Origin: an uncultured Clostridia bacterium
Lineage (GTDB): Bacteria; Bacillota; Clostridia; TANB77; CAG-508
Reading direction: 5' to 3'
Assembly: GCA_934141555.1 (NCBI GenBank)
Contig: CAKPCK010000001.1
Span: 3,163-67,162, forward strand
DNA length: 64,000 bases
Positions 19,357 through 31,333 of this stretch are shown here, one piece after another. The first letter of the stretch is position 1. Every line of letters starts with the position of its first letter. Under the pieces are notes generated by a model. The model searched no databases and was not told where the DNA came from. It saw only the letters and a list, made by a program, of their open reading frames with translations. The position numbers and the translations under genes were made by a program.

Positions 19357-21111
19357 ATGAAAGCAATAGAAATAAGAAATAAATATTTAAACTTTTTTAA
19401 AAAACATGGACATGTTGTAATACCATCAGCACCATTAATACCAGAAAATGATCCATCAGTATTATTTACAACAGCTGGAATGCAACCATTAGTACCATAT
19501 CTATTAGGAGAACCACATCCGGCAGGAACAAGACTTACAGATTATCAAAAATGTGTAAGAACAAATGATATTGATGAAGTTGGAGATAATAGACATTTAA
19601 CATATTTTGAAATGCTAGGAAATTGGTCATTAGGAGATTATTTTAAAGAAGAATCAATCCAAATGAGTTATGATTTCTTAACAAAAGAATTAGGAATACC
19701 AGTTGAAAAATTATCAGTAACATGTTTTGCTGGAGATGAAGATTGTGCAAGAGATGAAGTAACAGCATCATGTTGGAAAAAAGCAGGAATTCCAGAAGAA
19801 AGAATATATTATTTTGGAAAAGATGACAACTGGTGGATAGCAGGTGAAACAGGACCATGTGGACCAGATACAGAAATGTTTTTTGATACAGGAAAGCCAA
19901 AATGTTCACCAGAATGTAATCCATCATGTGGATGTGGAAAATATGTTGAAATTTGGAACAATGTATTTATGGAATTCTATAAAGATGAAAATGGTAAATA
20001 TTCAAAATTAAAACAACACAATGTTGATACAGGTTTAGGACTAGAAAGAATGACAATGTTGTTAGAGGGAAAAGAAACACCATTTGAAACAGAATTGTTT
20101 GCACCAATTATGGACAAACTAGTAGAGTTACAAAAAGTAGATAATATAGCAAGTAGAAGAATTGTAGCAGAACATTTACGTTCAAGTATGATGATAATAT
20201 GTGATGGTGGAAGACCAAGCAATGTTGACAGAGGATATATATTAAGAAGATTAATTCGTAGAATGGTAAGACATATGAATAAACTTCAAATATCATTAGA
20301 TGAATTATTAACACTAATAGATATAAATGTTGAAAACTTAAAAGAAATGTATCCAGCACTTGAAGCAAATAAAGAAATAATAAAAAATGTAATCTTAGAA
20401 GAAAAAGATAAATTTGTAAAAACACTTGAAAAAGGTGAAAAAGAATTTGCAAAAGAAGTTGGACAAGTTAAAGAACAAGGTGAAAACATAGTACCAGGTA
20501 AAGTTGTATTTAGATTATATGATACTTATGGATTCCCACCAGAAGTTACAGAAGAACTTGCTACAGAAAATGGAATGAAAATAGATAAAGAAGGATTTGA
20601 TAAACTCTTTAAAGAACACCAAGAAAAATCAAGAGCTGGTTCAGAACAAAAATTCAAAGGTGGATTAGCATCAACAGGAGAAATGGAAACAAAATATCAT
20701 ACAGCAACACATTTATTAAATGCAGCATTGAAACAAGTATTAGGAGCACATGTACATCAAAGAGGAAGTAATATAACTGCTGAAAGAATGAGATTTGACT
20801 TTTCACATCCAGCAAAAATGACAGATGAAGAAAAACAAAAAACAGAAGACTTAGTAAATGAATGGATAAAAGAAGCAATTCCAGTAGAGCATTTAGAAAT
20901 GAAAAAAGATGATGCAATAAAAATGGGAGCAGAAGCAATGTTTATTGAGAAATATGGTGATATAGTTTCTGTTTACAAAATAGGAGATGTTTCAATTGAA
21001 TTATGTGGAGGACCTCATGTTTCAAATACATCTGAATTAGGACATTTCAAAATAAAGAAAGAAGAATCAAGTTCTTCAGGAATTAGAAGAATTAAGGCTA
21101 TATTAGACTAA
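19357..21111 (+). CDS. alaS: Alanine--tRNA ligase, short form: catalytic, tRNA-recognition and editing domains, with no C-Ala domain.
   Basis: N-terminus IRNKYLNFFKKHGH...FTTAGMQP, GNWSLGDYFK, editing-domain HTATHLL and CGGPHV motifs. The ORF stops just after GIRRIKAI. Confidence 0.85.
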   Translation: MKAIEIRNKYLNFFKKHGHVVIPSAPLIPENDPSVLFTTAGMQPLVPYLLGEPHPAGTRLTDYQKCVRTNDIDEVGDNRHLTYFEMLGNWSLGDYFKEESIQMSYDFLTKELGIPVEKLSVTCFAGDEDCARDEVTASCWKKAGIPEERIYYFGKDDNWWIAGETGPCGPDTEMFFDTGKPKCSPECNPSCGCGKYVEIWNNVFMEFYKDENGKYSKLKQHNVDTGLGLERMTMLLEGKETPFETELFAPIMDKLVELQKVDNIASRRIVAEHLRSSMMIICDGGRPSNVDRGYILRRLIRRMVRHMNKLQISLDELLTLIDINVENLKEMYPALEANKEIIKNVILEEKDKFVKTLEKGEKEFAKEVGQVKEQGENIVPGKVVFRLYDTYGFPPEVTEELATENGMKIDKEGFDKLFKEHQEKSRAGSEQKFKGGLASTGEMETKYHTATHLLNAALKQVLGAHVHQRGSNITAERMRFDFSHPAKMTDEEKQKTEDLVNEWIKEAIPVEHLEMKKDDAIKMGAEAMFIEKYGDIVSVYKIGDVSIELCGGPHVSNTSELGHFKIKKEESSSSGIRRIKAILD

Positions 21112-21133
21112 TTTATAAGATAATAAGATTTTA

Positions 21134-21211
21134 AAAATATAACTATTGAATAAAGCAAAGGCCTATAGGAATGACCATAGCTATGTTTTTGCTATGAAAT
21201 AGTTATATTTT
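21134..21211 (+). other. 78-nt nested inverted-repeat element (terminator-like or small structured RNA).
   Basis: aaaatataactatt (21134-21147) is the exact reverse complement of aatagttatatttt (21198-21211). It encloses agcaaa/tttgct and two palindromes (cctatagg, catagctatg). Confidence 0.5.
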
Positions 21212-21245
21212 CAAAAGTAATTTTTTATAAGAAGGAGATAAAGCA

Positions 21246-21593
21246 ATGGAAGAAAATTGTTTATTTTGCAGAATTATAAAAGGAGAAATACCATCAAACA
21301 AAGTATATGAAGATGAAGATGTATTAGCATTCAAAGATATAAATCCAGCAGCACCAATACATGTATTAGTAATACCAAAAAAGCATATAACATCACTTGC
21401 AACAATGGAAGATGGAGATGAAAAAGTAATTTCAAAAATATACAAAGTTATTAATGAAATTGCAGAAAAGCAAGGATTTAAGGAAAAAGGATATAGAGTA
21501 ATTGTAAATTGTGGTGAAGATGGTGGACAAGAAGTAGGACATTTACATTTTCATTTGTTAGCAGGTAAAAAACTTGGAGAAAAAATAGTATAA
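21246..21593 (+). CDS. HIT-family (histidine triad) protein.
   Basis: CLFCRII zinc-binding-like N-terminus and the HLHFHLL triad. Confidence 0.9.
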   Translation: MEENCLFCRIIKGEIPSNKVYEDEDVLAFKDINPAAPIHVLVIPKKHITSLATMEDGDEKVISKIYKVINEIAEKQGFKEKGYRVIVNCGEDGGQEVGHLHFHLLAGKKLGEKIV

Positions 21594-21701
21594 ATTTACT
21601 AAAATGGCTATCTTTTTTTTAGTAAATATGGTATAATAAATTTATAGGTTAAAACGTAAATTTATTATATAAGAAAATTATAATTGAAAGGGATGGTACA
21701 T

Positions 21702-22412
21702 ATGAATAGTAAATATAGTACATTTTTGACAGTTTTATTAATAATTATTATAGTTGCAATAGTCGGAATAATTGGATTTTTAGGATATAAATTTATATCA
21801 AGTGAAAATAGCAAAAAAGAAGCAGAGGATTTTGCAGATTCTTGGAATGAAAATATAAACAAAGATGATAAAAAAGACAATCCAACAACAAGTACTGATA
21901 CTAATATAGATGTGACAGAACCTGAACAAACAGAAACAACAAAGACAGAATCTACATCAAGTACTGGCGAAGGAATGAAATATAACGGATTTTTAACTGC
22001 TGGAAAAATTGAAATACCAGTAACAGGATTAAAAACACCAATAATATCATATTCAGAATATTCTAAATCATCATTAGAAACATCAGTATGTGTAGTTTAT
22101 TCAACAACAGGAGAAGAAAATACACAAGGAAGTGGAATAAATAAACCTGGTAATACAGTAATAGCAGGTCATAACTATAGAAATAGTAGATTTTTCTCAA
22201 ATAATAAAAAGCTAAATATAGGTGATAAAATTTATATTACAGATTTAGAAGGAAAGAGAATGACATATACAATTTATAATAAATTTGAAACAGATGATAC
22301 AGATACAGAATATATGACAAGAGATACACAAGGTGCAGTTGAAATTTCATTAACAACATGTACAGATGATAGTAAAGCACGTTTAATTATTTTAGCTAAA
22401 GCAGATGTATAA
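21702..22412 (+). CDS. Sortase-family transpeptidase.
   Basis: N-terminal TM anchor, T/E-rich linker, VIAGHN and LTTC catalytic motifs. Confidence 0.8.
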   Translation: MNSKYSTFLTVLLIIIIVAIVGIIGFLGYKFISSENSKKEAEDFADSWNENINKDDKKDNPTTSTDTNIDVTEPEQTETTKTESTSSTGEGMKYNGFLTAGKIEIPVTGLKTPIISYSEYSKSSLETSVCVVYSTTGEENTQGSGINKPGNTVIAGHNYRNSRFFSNNKKLNIGDKIYITDLEGKRMTYTIYNKFETDDTDTEYMTRDTQGAVEISLTTCTDDSKARLIILAKADV

Positions 22413-22435
22413 TAAAAATAAAGATAATAAATATG

Positions 22436-22466
22436 GGATAGAAATTTTGTTTCTATCCTATTTTTT
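22436..22466 (+). terminator. Rho-independent terminator.
   Basis: ggatagaaa / tttctatcc stem followed by a T6 run. Confidence 0.8.
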
Positions 22467-22528
22467 ATTTGATAAAAATATGTTACTAATATAGAAATTT
22501 TTTATTAACAATGATATAATCAAAATGA

Positions 22529-24559
<2,031 letters not shown>

Positions 24560-24574
24560 CAAGGAGGAAAATTA

Positions 24575-24829
24575 GTGGAAAATTATACATTTGAAGATAT
24601 GTGGTTAGATTTAAAAAATGGATATCAGATTTATTATACATATGTACGAAATCGATATGTATTATTTAGAACTGCAAAAAATTGCTATACACAAAAATTA
24701 TTGTCAGATGACCCTAAAAATCCACAACCAAAAATGACAATGCTTACATTAAAAAGAGTAAAAGAAATATTCCCACACATGGAGGACATTGAATATAAAG
24801 TTGGAATACTGGATGAATTTAACTCGTAA
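24575..24829 (+). CDS. Hypothetical small protein (84 aa).
   Basis: GTG start lies 7 nt after AAGGAGG, immediately after ligA. No recognisable motif. Confidence 0.5.
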   Translation: MENYTFEDMWLDLKNGYQIYYTYVRNRYVLFRTAKNCYTQKLLSDDPKNPQPKMTMLTLKRVKEIFPHMEDIEYKVGILDEFNS

Positions 24830-24842
24830 AAGCATTAATAAG

Positions 24843-24884
24843 AATTTCTATGTGATGAAAATTATATAGAAATTTTTATTTTTT
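24843..24884 (+). terminator. Rho-independent terminator.
   Basis: aatttctat / atagaaatt 9-bp stem followed by a T-rich run. Confidence 0.7.
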
Positions 24885-25100
24885 ATGAACCAAATAATAT
24901 TGAAAAACATCTAAAGAGTATATAAAGATATAGAAAGGGGAATGATTGAAAAATAATTACAATTTTGACTGCTTCAAATTTCATTTAAAACGCGGTTACA
25001 TACAATAGTATGCGCCCTTGCCTTTTAAATAAAATTTTTATTGTCAAAATTTAATTCTTTTCCAATCAGATTGGTGCCTTGAGAAAGGAATGAAATTAAC

Positions 25101-25631
25101 ATGGATACTGAGAAAGTAGAAAAAGCCAGGAATGGCAATGTAGATGAAATTGGTAATCTTTTAATGGAAAATATGAAATCTATGTATAGAGTAGCATTCA
25201 GTATTTTAAAAACAGAAGAAGAAATATCTGATGCAATTTCAAATACAACAGTAATTGTTTTTGAAAAAATACATACATTGAAAAATGCAGAATTTTTTAA
25301 GACATGGCTTATTAGAATTTTAATTAATGAATGTAATAAAATTCATAGACAAAACAAAAAAATTATATATTTAGAAAATTATAATCAAACAGATTTAGTT
25401 TATAATGATAAATATGATGATTTTGGAGTAAGACAAGCCATAAAAAAACTAGATGAAGATTTGAAAACAATGGTTATATTATATTATTTTGAAGATTTTA
25501 ACATAAAAGAGATTTCAGAAATTCAAAAATTACCAGAAGGAACAGTAAAATCAAGATTATCAAGAGCAAGAAAAAAATTAGAAAGTATTTTCTTAGATGA
25601 AAATACAAGAAAGGAGGATTTGAATGGATAG
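25101..25631 (+). CDS. ECF-type RNA polymerase sigma-70 family factor.
   Basis: Region 2 (FKTWLIRILINECNKIHR) and region 4 HTH (IKEISEIQKLPEGTVKSRLSRARKKL). Confidence 0.85.
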   Translation: MDTEKVEKARNGNVDEIGNLLMENMKSMYRVAFSILKTEEEISDAISNTTVIVFEKIHTLKNAEFFKTWLIRILINECNKIHRQNKKIIYLENYNQTDLVYNDKYDDFGVRQAIKKLDEDLKTMVILYYFEDFNIKEISEIQKLPEGTVKSRLSRARKKLESIFLDENTRKEDLNG

Positions 25632-28600
25632 AGATGATGAAATAGATAAAATATTAAAGCAAAAATTTGAAAATAAAATTTTACCTTCAGAAGAATTTGA
25701 AAATAATATGAAAAAAATAATAAATGAACAAAAAAGTAAAAAGAATAAGAAGTATAAAAAGATAATGGCTATTACATCTATTGCAGCAGTATTTGTGATT
25801 ATATTTGCATTAGGAATGAATTTTATAAAATTTGATTCTACTCAAATTCAAACAATATCAATAACAAAAATAGAACCAACGAAAATATCTGATCAAATTT
25901 TATCAGAAGATTCAGAATTTATAATATATACAGATAAAGATGCAAATATAGAAAGTGTAAAGAAAAGTTTGTATATAGAACCAGCATTAGAATATTCTAT
26001 AGAAAAGACAGGTAAAGATGGACAATATAAATTAAAATTTAAACAAAATATACCAGATAATACAATTTTAAAATTACAATATGTAAAAGATAAAATAACA
26101 AAAGATAGTTGGGCATATCAAACATCAAACAAATTAAGTGTAACAAATACATATCCAGCCAATAGAGCAGATAGAGTGTTAACAAGTTCTAATATAGAAA
26201 TTGAAATGTCTTATTCAAATATAGAGAATTTCGAAAAATATGTTCAAATAGTACCAGAAGTTGAAGGAACATGGGAACAAAAAGGAAAAGTTTACAGATT
26301 TATACCAAGTAATGGATTAGTAGACCAAACTCAATATACTGTAACAGTAAAAAAAGGATTAAAAATATATAATCAAGAATTAGAAGATAATTATACTTTT
26401 TCATTTAGTGTAAATAACGATACAGGAATTACAGAAAAATATGAAAATATATCAAATTCAATTGATAATATAAATACTTATAATTCAAATGAAAATATAT
26501 CATTATATTATCAAACAAATGGAAATATTGAAATTACAAATGTTGAAATTGGTAAATTTGATAATTCAGATAGTTTTATAGAATATTTACAAACTAAAGA
26601 TTATTCAAAAGCAACAGATTTACAAAAAGTAGATTTTAATTTAATAGAAAATGGAATAAAATTAACAAGAACATTACAAGATGGATATTATGTTGCAATA
26701 ATAAAAAATAAAAATGGTTCAGAATTATTTAATACTCCAATTCAAATAAATAATTTGAATGCATATATTACAAATACAGAAAATGATATTCTTGTATGGG
26801 TAGCAGATGAAAACGGAATTGCTTCAAATATTAAGGTAAAATATGAAAGCGAAGAAAAAGTAACAAATTCAGAAGGAATTGCAAAATTTACTTCTGATAA
26901 AACAGAAACAATAAAATATTTGAAAATTGGTAATACAGAAAACAAACTAATTGTAGGTGTATATAATTACAATAAAGAATTATATTATTCAAATTCTTAT
27001 ATTTATACAGATAGAACATTATATAAGAGTACAGATACAATAAATATATGGGGATTTGTTCCAAAAGCAATATATGGTAATGATTTACAAGATGAGTTTT
27101 ATATATCATTTAATGGTGAAAGCAAAGAAAAAATAAATGTTGGAAAAGATGGAAATTATAATTATAAAATAGAATTACAAAATCATTATGATGTAGAATA
27201 TGCAATGATTTCATTATACTATAAAGATAAAGAAATTGCAGGAAGATATGTAACAATTGAAAATTATGAGCTTCAAAATTATACATATGAAATTATAGCA
27301 AATAAAAATTATGTATATAATAATGAAAAATATGATTTTGATGTTAAAGTAACACATATAACAGGACTTGTTGTACCAAATAAAAAAGTTCTTGTAAGAT
27401 TTAATGGACAAGAATTACTTGAAAAAACAGATGAAAATGGTATTGCACATTTTTCAGTAGATATAGAAAAAGATGATGAAAAAACATATATAACAACATA
27501 TATGTATATGGAAGTATATAATGGAGATTTAGAAGAATATAATGATACAGCTACAACAAAAGATGTAGAATTAATTTATAGAGATATATATACAACAGTT
27601 AATAATACAGGAAGTAATTATGAATTAAGTGCATATAAATTACAAAAAGATAAAGAAATGGAAGTAAGTTATGATCTAAAAGAATTATATGATGGTGAAT
27701 ATAATACAACAGTTGAGATAGACTTAAAAGAAAGTAGAAGTGAAAAGAAAGTTGTAAAATATGAGCTTGATAAATATACAAAAACAAATAAACCAGTATA
27801 TGATTACATAATAACAGAAAATACACAAAAAATTACTGAAATAACCATGAAAAATGGTAAAATGAGTTATGATGTAAGTTCTTTGAAAATGAAGGATAAT
27901 ACAGAAATTTATAGCTATACATATACTTTAATATTCAGACTACAAGATAGAAGCGGAAAAGAAATAGAAATCAAAAAAATCATATATAGAGATGAAAAAG
28001 ATGTAGAATTAGGATATTCATATAGCTTTTTCTCAAATTTGGGAAAATTAGCATATAAACAAAAAATTTCACAATACTATGATGTATTTAGATATTTCTT
28101 AAAGGCAGATGTAACAAACTTCAATATAGGAGATTCAGCTAAATTTATATTATCTGAAAGTATAGCAAATAAAGGAAATCAAGAAATAGATAATAATGGA
28201 AAATTATTATTAATATCAGCACAAGAAAATATTTTAACTACAAAGATAACAGATAAGAGTGAAATTGAATATAAATTTGAAGAAAAAGATTTCCCAGGAT
28301 GTAAAATAACATCAGCATATTATTATAATGGTAAATTTTATAGAATGCCAATATATTATTATGATTTTAATGAAGAAACAAGAAAAGTTGATATAGATAT
28401 AAAATCAGATAAAACAGAATATAAACCTGGTGATGAAGTAAATTTAACAATAAAAACAACAAATAATAATAAACCTATAAAGACATTTGTAAATATAAGT
28501 GTTGTTAATGAAGCAGTATTTGCAGTACAAGAAGATTCAACAGAAATACTTTCATCAATATACCAAGATCCAGAATATCCAATTTATACATATTCAAGTT

Positions 28601-30357
28601 ATTTTGATTATATAAATAAAGATGCAGATGGATTTGGAGGAGGAGATGGAGATACAAGAGGAAATTTCGGAGATACAGCATATTTTGATACAGTATATAC
28701 AGATTCAAATGGAATTGCGAATGTAAAATTTAAACTACCAGATAATGTTACAACATATAGAGTAACAGTTCACTCAGCAAATGAAGATGTATATGTTGGT
28801 GTTAATAAAATTGATATAACATCAAAATTAGATTTCTTTATTCAAAGTACAGAGCCAAGAAATGTAAAAACAACAGATGATTTAGTTTTAAATGCAACAA
28901 GTATAGCCTCAGAACAATATGATGTAAAATATCAATTTACAATAGAAGAATTAAATAAAACATTAGAAACTGAAGGAACAACAAATTCAATTACAACAGT
29001 AAACTTTGGAAAATTAGATTATGGAACATATCATGTTGTAATAAGAGGAAATGGAAATAATCAGGAAGATGCAATAACATATCCAATTAATATTATAGAA
29101 TCTGCACAAGAAGTAAAGAAATATACAAAAATAAATATTAATGAAACTCCTGAAATAAAGCCAACAAAAAATCCAGTAGTATTAGAAATTTATAATAGAA
29201 ATATGGAAAAATATATTGACTATATTGATTTTATAGAAAATACATTAACAGATAGATTAGATACACAAATAGCATATAATGAAGTTCAAAAAATAAGAAC
29301 AAAATATTATGGAAGTTCAAATAATCAAGTTAATATAAATATGACTAAATATAAAGATACTCAAAATTATACAGATTATTTAAAAAATCTAGAAAATGCA
29401 AATACAGATATTGTATTAACAGCATTAATTCAATATTATGCAAAAGATTATATTTCAGGCTTAAATATAGATCCATTTATAAATGATGATAATAATTTAT
29501 TTGAACAATATTTATTAGCATCTGCTAACCAAAAAACTGTATTAACAGATTTATTACAATTAAAAGAAGAAAAAGATATTGAAAATTATAATAAATTATT
29601 AGTAACATTATCATTAGAATTTTTAGGTGACTATCAAAATGCTAAAGATTTATATAATCAAATAGAATTGAATGGTGAAGAAAAAGAAGAATATAAATCA
29701 ATCACTGCAATAATTGAAACATTTATAAATAAAGACAATTCTAGTAAAATTATTGATGAATTAATAGCAAATTCTCCAGAAGATGAATATTTAAGATTTG
29801 CAATATTATCATTCTTCCAAAATAATGAAACAAATATTTCAAATGAAGAAGAAATAAAAATAATATCTTCAAATATAAATGAAACAATAAAATTAAATGG
29901 AATGACAGTAAAAACATATATTATAAATAATAAAGACTTAGATACAATAAAATTTGAAACAAATAGTAATGATATTATTGTAAGATATTATTATCAAACA
30001 TTATTAGAAAATATAGAATCAGAAAATGTAAGTGAAGATATGTCAATAAAAATTACGGGAAATTTGAAGAAGAATTCAACAATATATTTACAAATCAATT
30101 GTAATGATACAGAAGCTAAAGAATTAAGAATAGCTTTACCAAATTCATTAAGATTAGCAAATACAGAAAATTTAAAAGGATATTGGATAATGAATAATGC
30201 AATTGATTATATATCAGTATACAAACAAAAAGGATATTCAAGCATAAAGATACCTTTAATTGTAACACTTGATGGAAATTATAAATTCGAAAATATAGTA
30301 AATAATCAAAATGGAATATATCATATTTCAAATTCACTAGATTTAGATATTAAATAG
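25624..30357 (+). CDS. Giant membrane-anchored protein (1577 aa) resembling alpha-2-macroglobulin (MG domains); putative partner or anti-sigma of the ECF sigma.
   Basis: 8-nt overlap with the sigma gene. Short cytoplasmic N-terminus plus one TM (IMAITSIAAVFVIIFALG). A2M-family signature segment GDTAYFDTVYTDSNGIANVKFKLPDNVTTYRVTVHSA. No CxEQ thioester motif. Confidence 0.55.
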   Translation: MDRDDEIDKILKQKFENKILPSEEFENNMKKIINEQKSKKNKKYKKIMAITSIAAVFVIIFALGMNFIKFDSTQIQTISITKIEPTKISDQILSEDSEFIIYTDKDANIESVKKSLYIEPALEYSIEKTGKDGQYKLKFKQNIPDNTILKLQYVKDKITKDSWAYQTSNKLSVTNTYPANRADRVLTSSNIEIEMSYSNIENFEKYVQIVPEVEGTWEQKGKVYRFIPSNGLVDQTQYTVTVKKGLKIYNQELEDNYTFSFSVNNDTGITEKYENISNSIDNINTYNSNENISLYYQTNGNIEITNVEIGKFDNSDSFIEYLQTKDYSKATDLQKVDFNLIENGIKLTRTLQDGYYVAIIKNKNGSELFNTPIQINNLNAYITNTENDILVWVADENGIASNIKVKYESEEKVTNSEGIAKFTSDKTETIKYLKIGNTENKLIVGVYNYNKELYYSNSYIYTDRTLYKSTDTINIWGFVPKAIYGNDLQDEFYISFNGESKEKINVGKDGNYNYKIELQNHYDVEYAMISLYYKDKEIAGRYVTIENYELQNYTYEIIANKNYVYNNEKYDFDVKVTHITGLVVPNKKVLVRFNGQELLEKTDENGIAHFSVDIEKDDEKTYITTYMYMEVYNGDLEEYNDTATTKDVELIYRDIYTTVNNTGSNYELSAYKLQKDKEMEVSYDLKELYDGEYNTTVEIDLKESRSEKKVVKYELDKYTKTNKPVYDYIITENTQKITEITMKNGKMSYDVSSLKMKDNTEIYSYTYTLIFRLQDRSGKEIEIKKIIYRDEKDVELGYSYSFFSNLGKLAYKQKISQYYDVFRYFLKADVTNFNIGDSAKFILSESIANKGNQEIDNNGKLLLISAQENILTTKITDKSEIEYKFEEKDFPGCKITSAYYYNGKFYRMPIYYYDFNEETRKVDIDIKSDKTEYKPGDEVNLTIKTTNNNKPIKTFVNISVVNEAVFAVQEDSTEILSSIYQDPEYPIYTYSSYFDYINKDADGFGGGDGDTRGNFGDTAYFDTVYTDSNGIANVKFKLPDNVTTYRVTVHSANEDVYVGVNKIDITSKLDFFIQSTEPRNVKTTDDLVLNATSIASEQYDVKYQFTIEELNKTLETEGTTNSITTVNFGKLDYGTYHVVIRGNGNNQEDAITYPINIIESAQEVKKYTKININETPEIKPTKNPVVLEIYNRNMEKYIDYIDFIENTLTDRLDTQIAYNEVQKIRTKYYGSSNNQVNINMTKYKDTQNYTDYLKNLENANTDIVLTALIQYYAKDYISGLNIDPFINDDNNLFEQYLLASANQKTVLTDLLQLKEEKDIENYNKLLVTLSLEFLGDYQNAKDLYNQIELNGEEKEEYKSITAIIETFINKDNSSKIIDELIANSPEDEYLRFAILSFFQNNETNISNEEEIKIISSNINETIKLNGMTVKTYIINNKDLDTIKFETNSNDIIVRYYYQTLLENIESENVSEDMSIKITGNLKKNSTIYLQINCNDTEAKELRIALPNSLRLANTENLKGYWIMNNAIDYISVYKQKGYSSIKIPLIVTLDGNYKFENIVNNQNGIYHISNSLDLDIK

Positions 30358-30364
30358 TAAAAAT

Positions 30365-30396
30365 GGGGGCAATTAATAATTGCTCTCATTTTTTTG
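30365..30396 (+). terminator. Rho-independent terminator.
   Basis: gggcaatt / aattgctc stem followed by a T7 run. Confidence 0.7.
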
Positions 30397-30475
30397 AAAG
30401 TAGAAATTTACTATTTACAAATAAACTTTTATGAGATAAAATCTAAATAGTAATTGACTGAGGAAAGGGAAAATT

Positions 30476-31333
30476 ATGATAATAGATGGAAAAGAATTAG
30501 CAAGAAAAACAAGAGAAAAATTAAAAATAGAATGTGATAATTTAAAAAAGCAAGGAATACTTCCAAAACTTGCAGTTATCATGGTTGGAGATGATAAAGC
30601 ATCACAAATATATGTAAAAAACAAAAGTAAGGCATGTCAAGAAATTGGAATAGAATTTGAAGAATATTTTTTAGGTAATGATATAAGACAAAAAGAATTA
30701 ATTGAATTGATTCAAAAGCTAAATTGTGACAAATCAATTAATGGAATATTATTGCAAAGCCCTATTCCAAAATCGTTAGATATAAATGAAGCATTTAGAA
30801 CTATATTACCAGAAAAAGATGTTGATGGATTTAATCCTATAAATGTTGGAAAATTATGTTTGAATCAAGAAACATTTGTATCATGTACACCATATGGAAT
30901 TATAAAAATGTTTGAAGAATATGATATTGATCTAACAGGAAAAAATGTAACAATTTTAGGGAGAAGTAATATAGTTGGAAAACCATTAATACAATGTTGT
31001 TTAAATAAAAATGCCACAGTAACAGTATGCCATTCAAAAACTAAAGATTTAAAAGAACATACGAAAAATGCTGATATTGTAATTTCAGCAATAGGAAAAG
31101 CCAAATTTGTTACAGCAGATATGATAAAAGATGGGGCAGTTGTAATTGATGTTGGAATAAATAGAAATGAAAATGGAAAAATAGTTGGGGATGTTGATTT
31201 TGAAAATGTAAGTTCAAAAGCAAGTTATATAACACCTGTTCCTGGAGGAGTAGGACCTATGACAATAGCAATGTTAATGAATAATGTTATAAAAGCTACG
31301 AAGTTACAAAATAGAAGGAGTGAAACTTTATAG
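30476..31333 (+). CDS. folD: Bifunctional methylenetetrahydrofolate dehydrogenase/cyclohydrolase.
   Basis: IIDGK..A, VGDD.AS..YV..K, GRSNIVGKP and PVPGGVGPMT motifs. Confidence 0.95.
   Translation: MIIDGKELARKTREKLKIECDNLKKQGILPKLAVIMVGDDKASQIYVKNKSKACQEIGIEFEEYFLGNDIRQKELIELIQKLNCDKSINGILLQSPIPKSLDINEAFRTILPEKDVDGFNPINVGKLCLNQETFVSCTPYGIIKMFEEYDIDLTGKNVTILGRSNIVGKPLIQCCLNKNATVTVCHSKTKDLKEHTKNADIVISAIGKAKFVTADMIKDGAVVIDVGINRNENGKIVGDVDFENVSSKASYITPVPGGVGPMTIAMLMNNVIKATKLQNRRSETL

Noticed and set aside
25624-30357. Thioester (CxEQ) site expected for a bacterial alpha-2-macroglobulin.
   Set aside because: The few cysteines in the protein are not in a CxEQ context. The protein is therefore described only as A2M-like and thioester-less.
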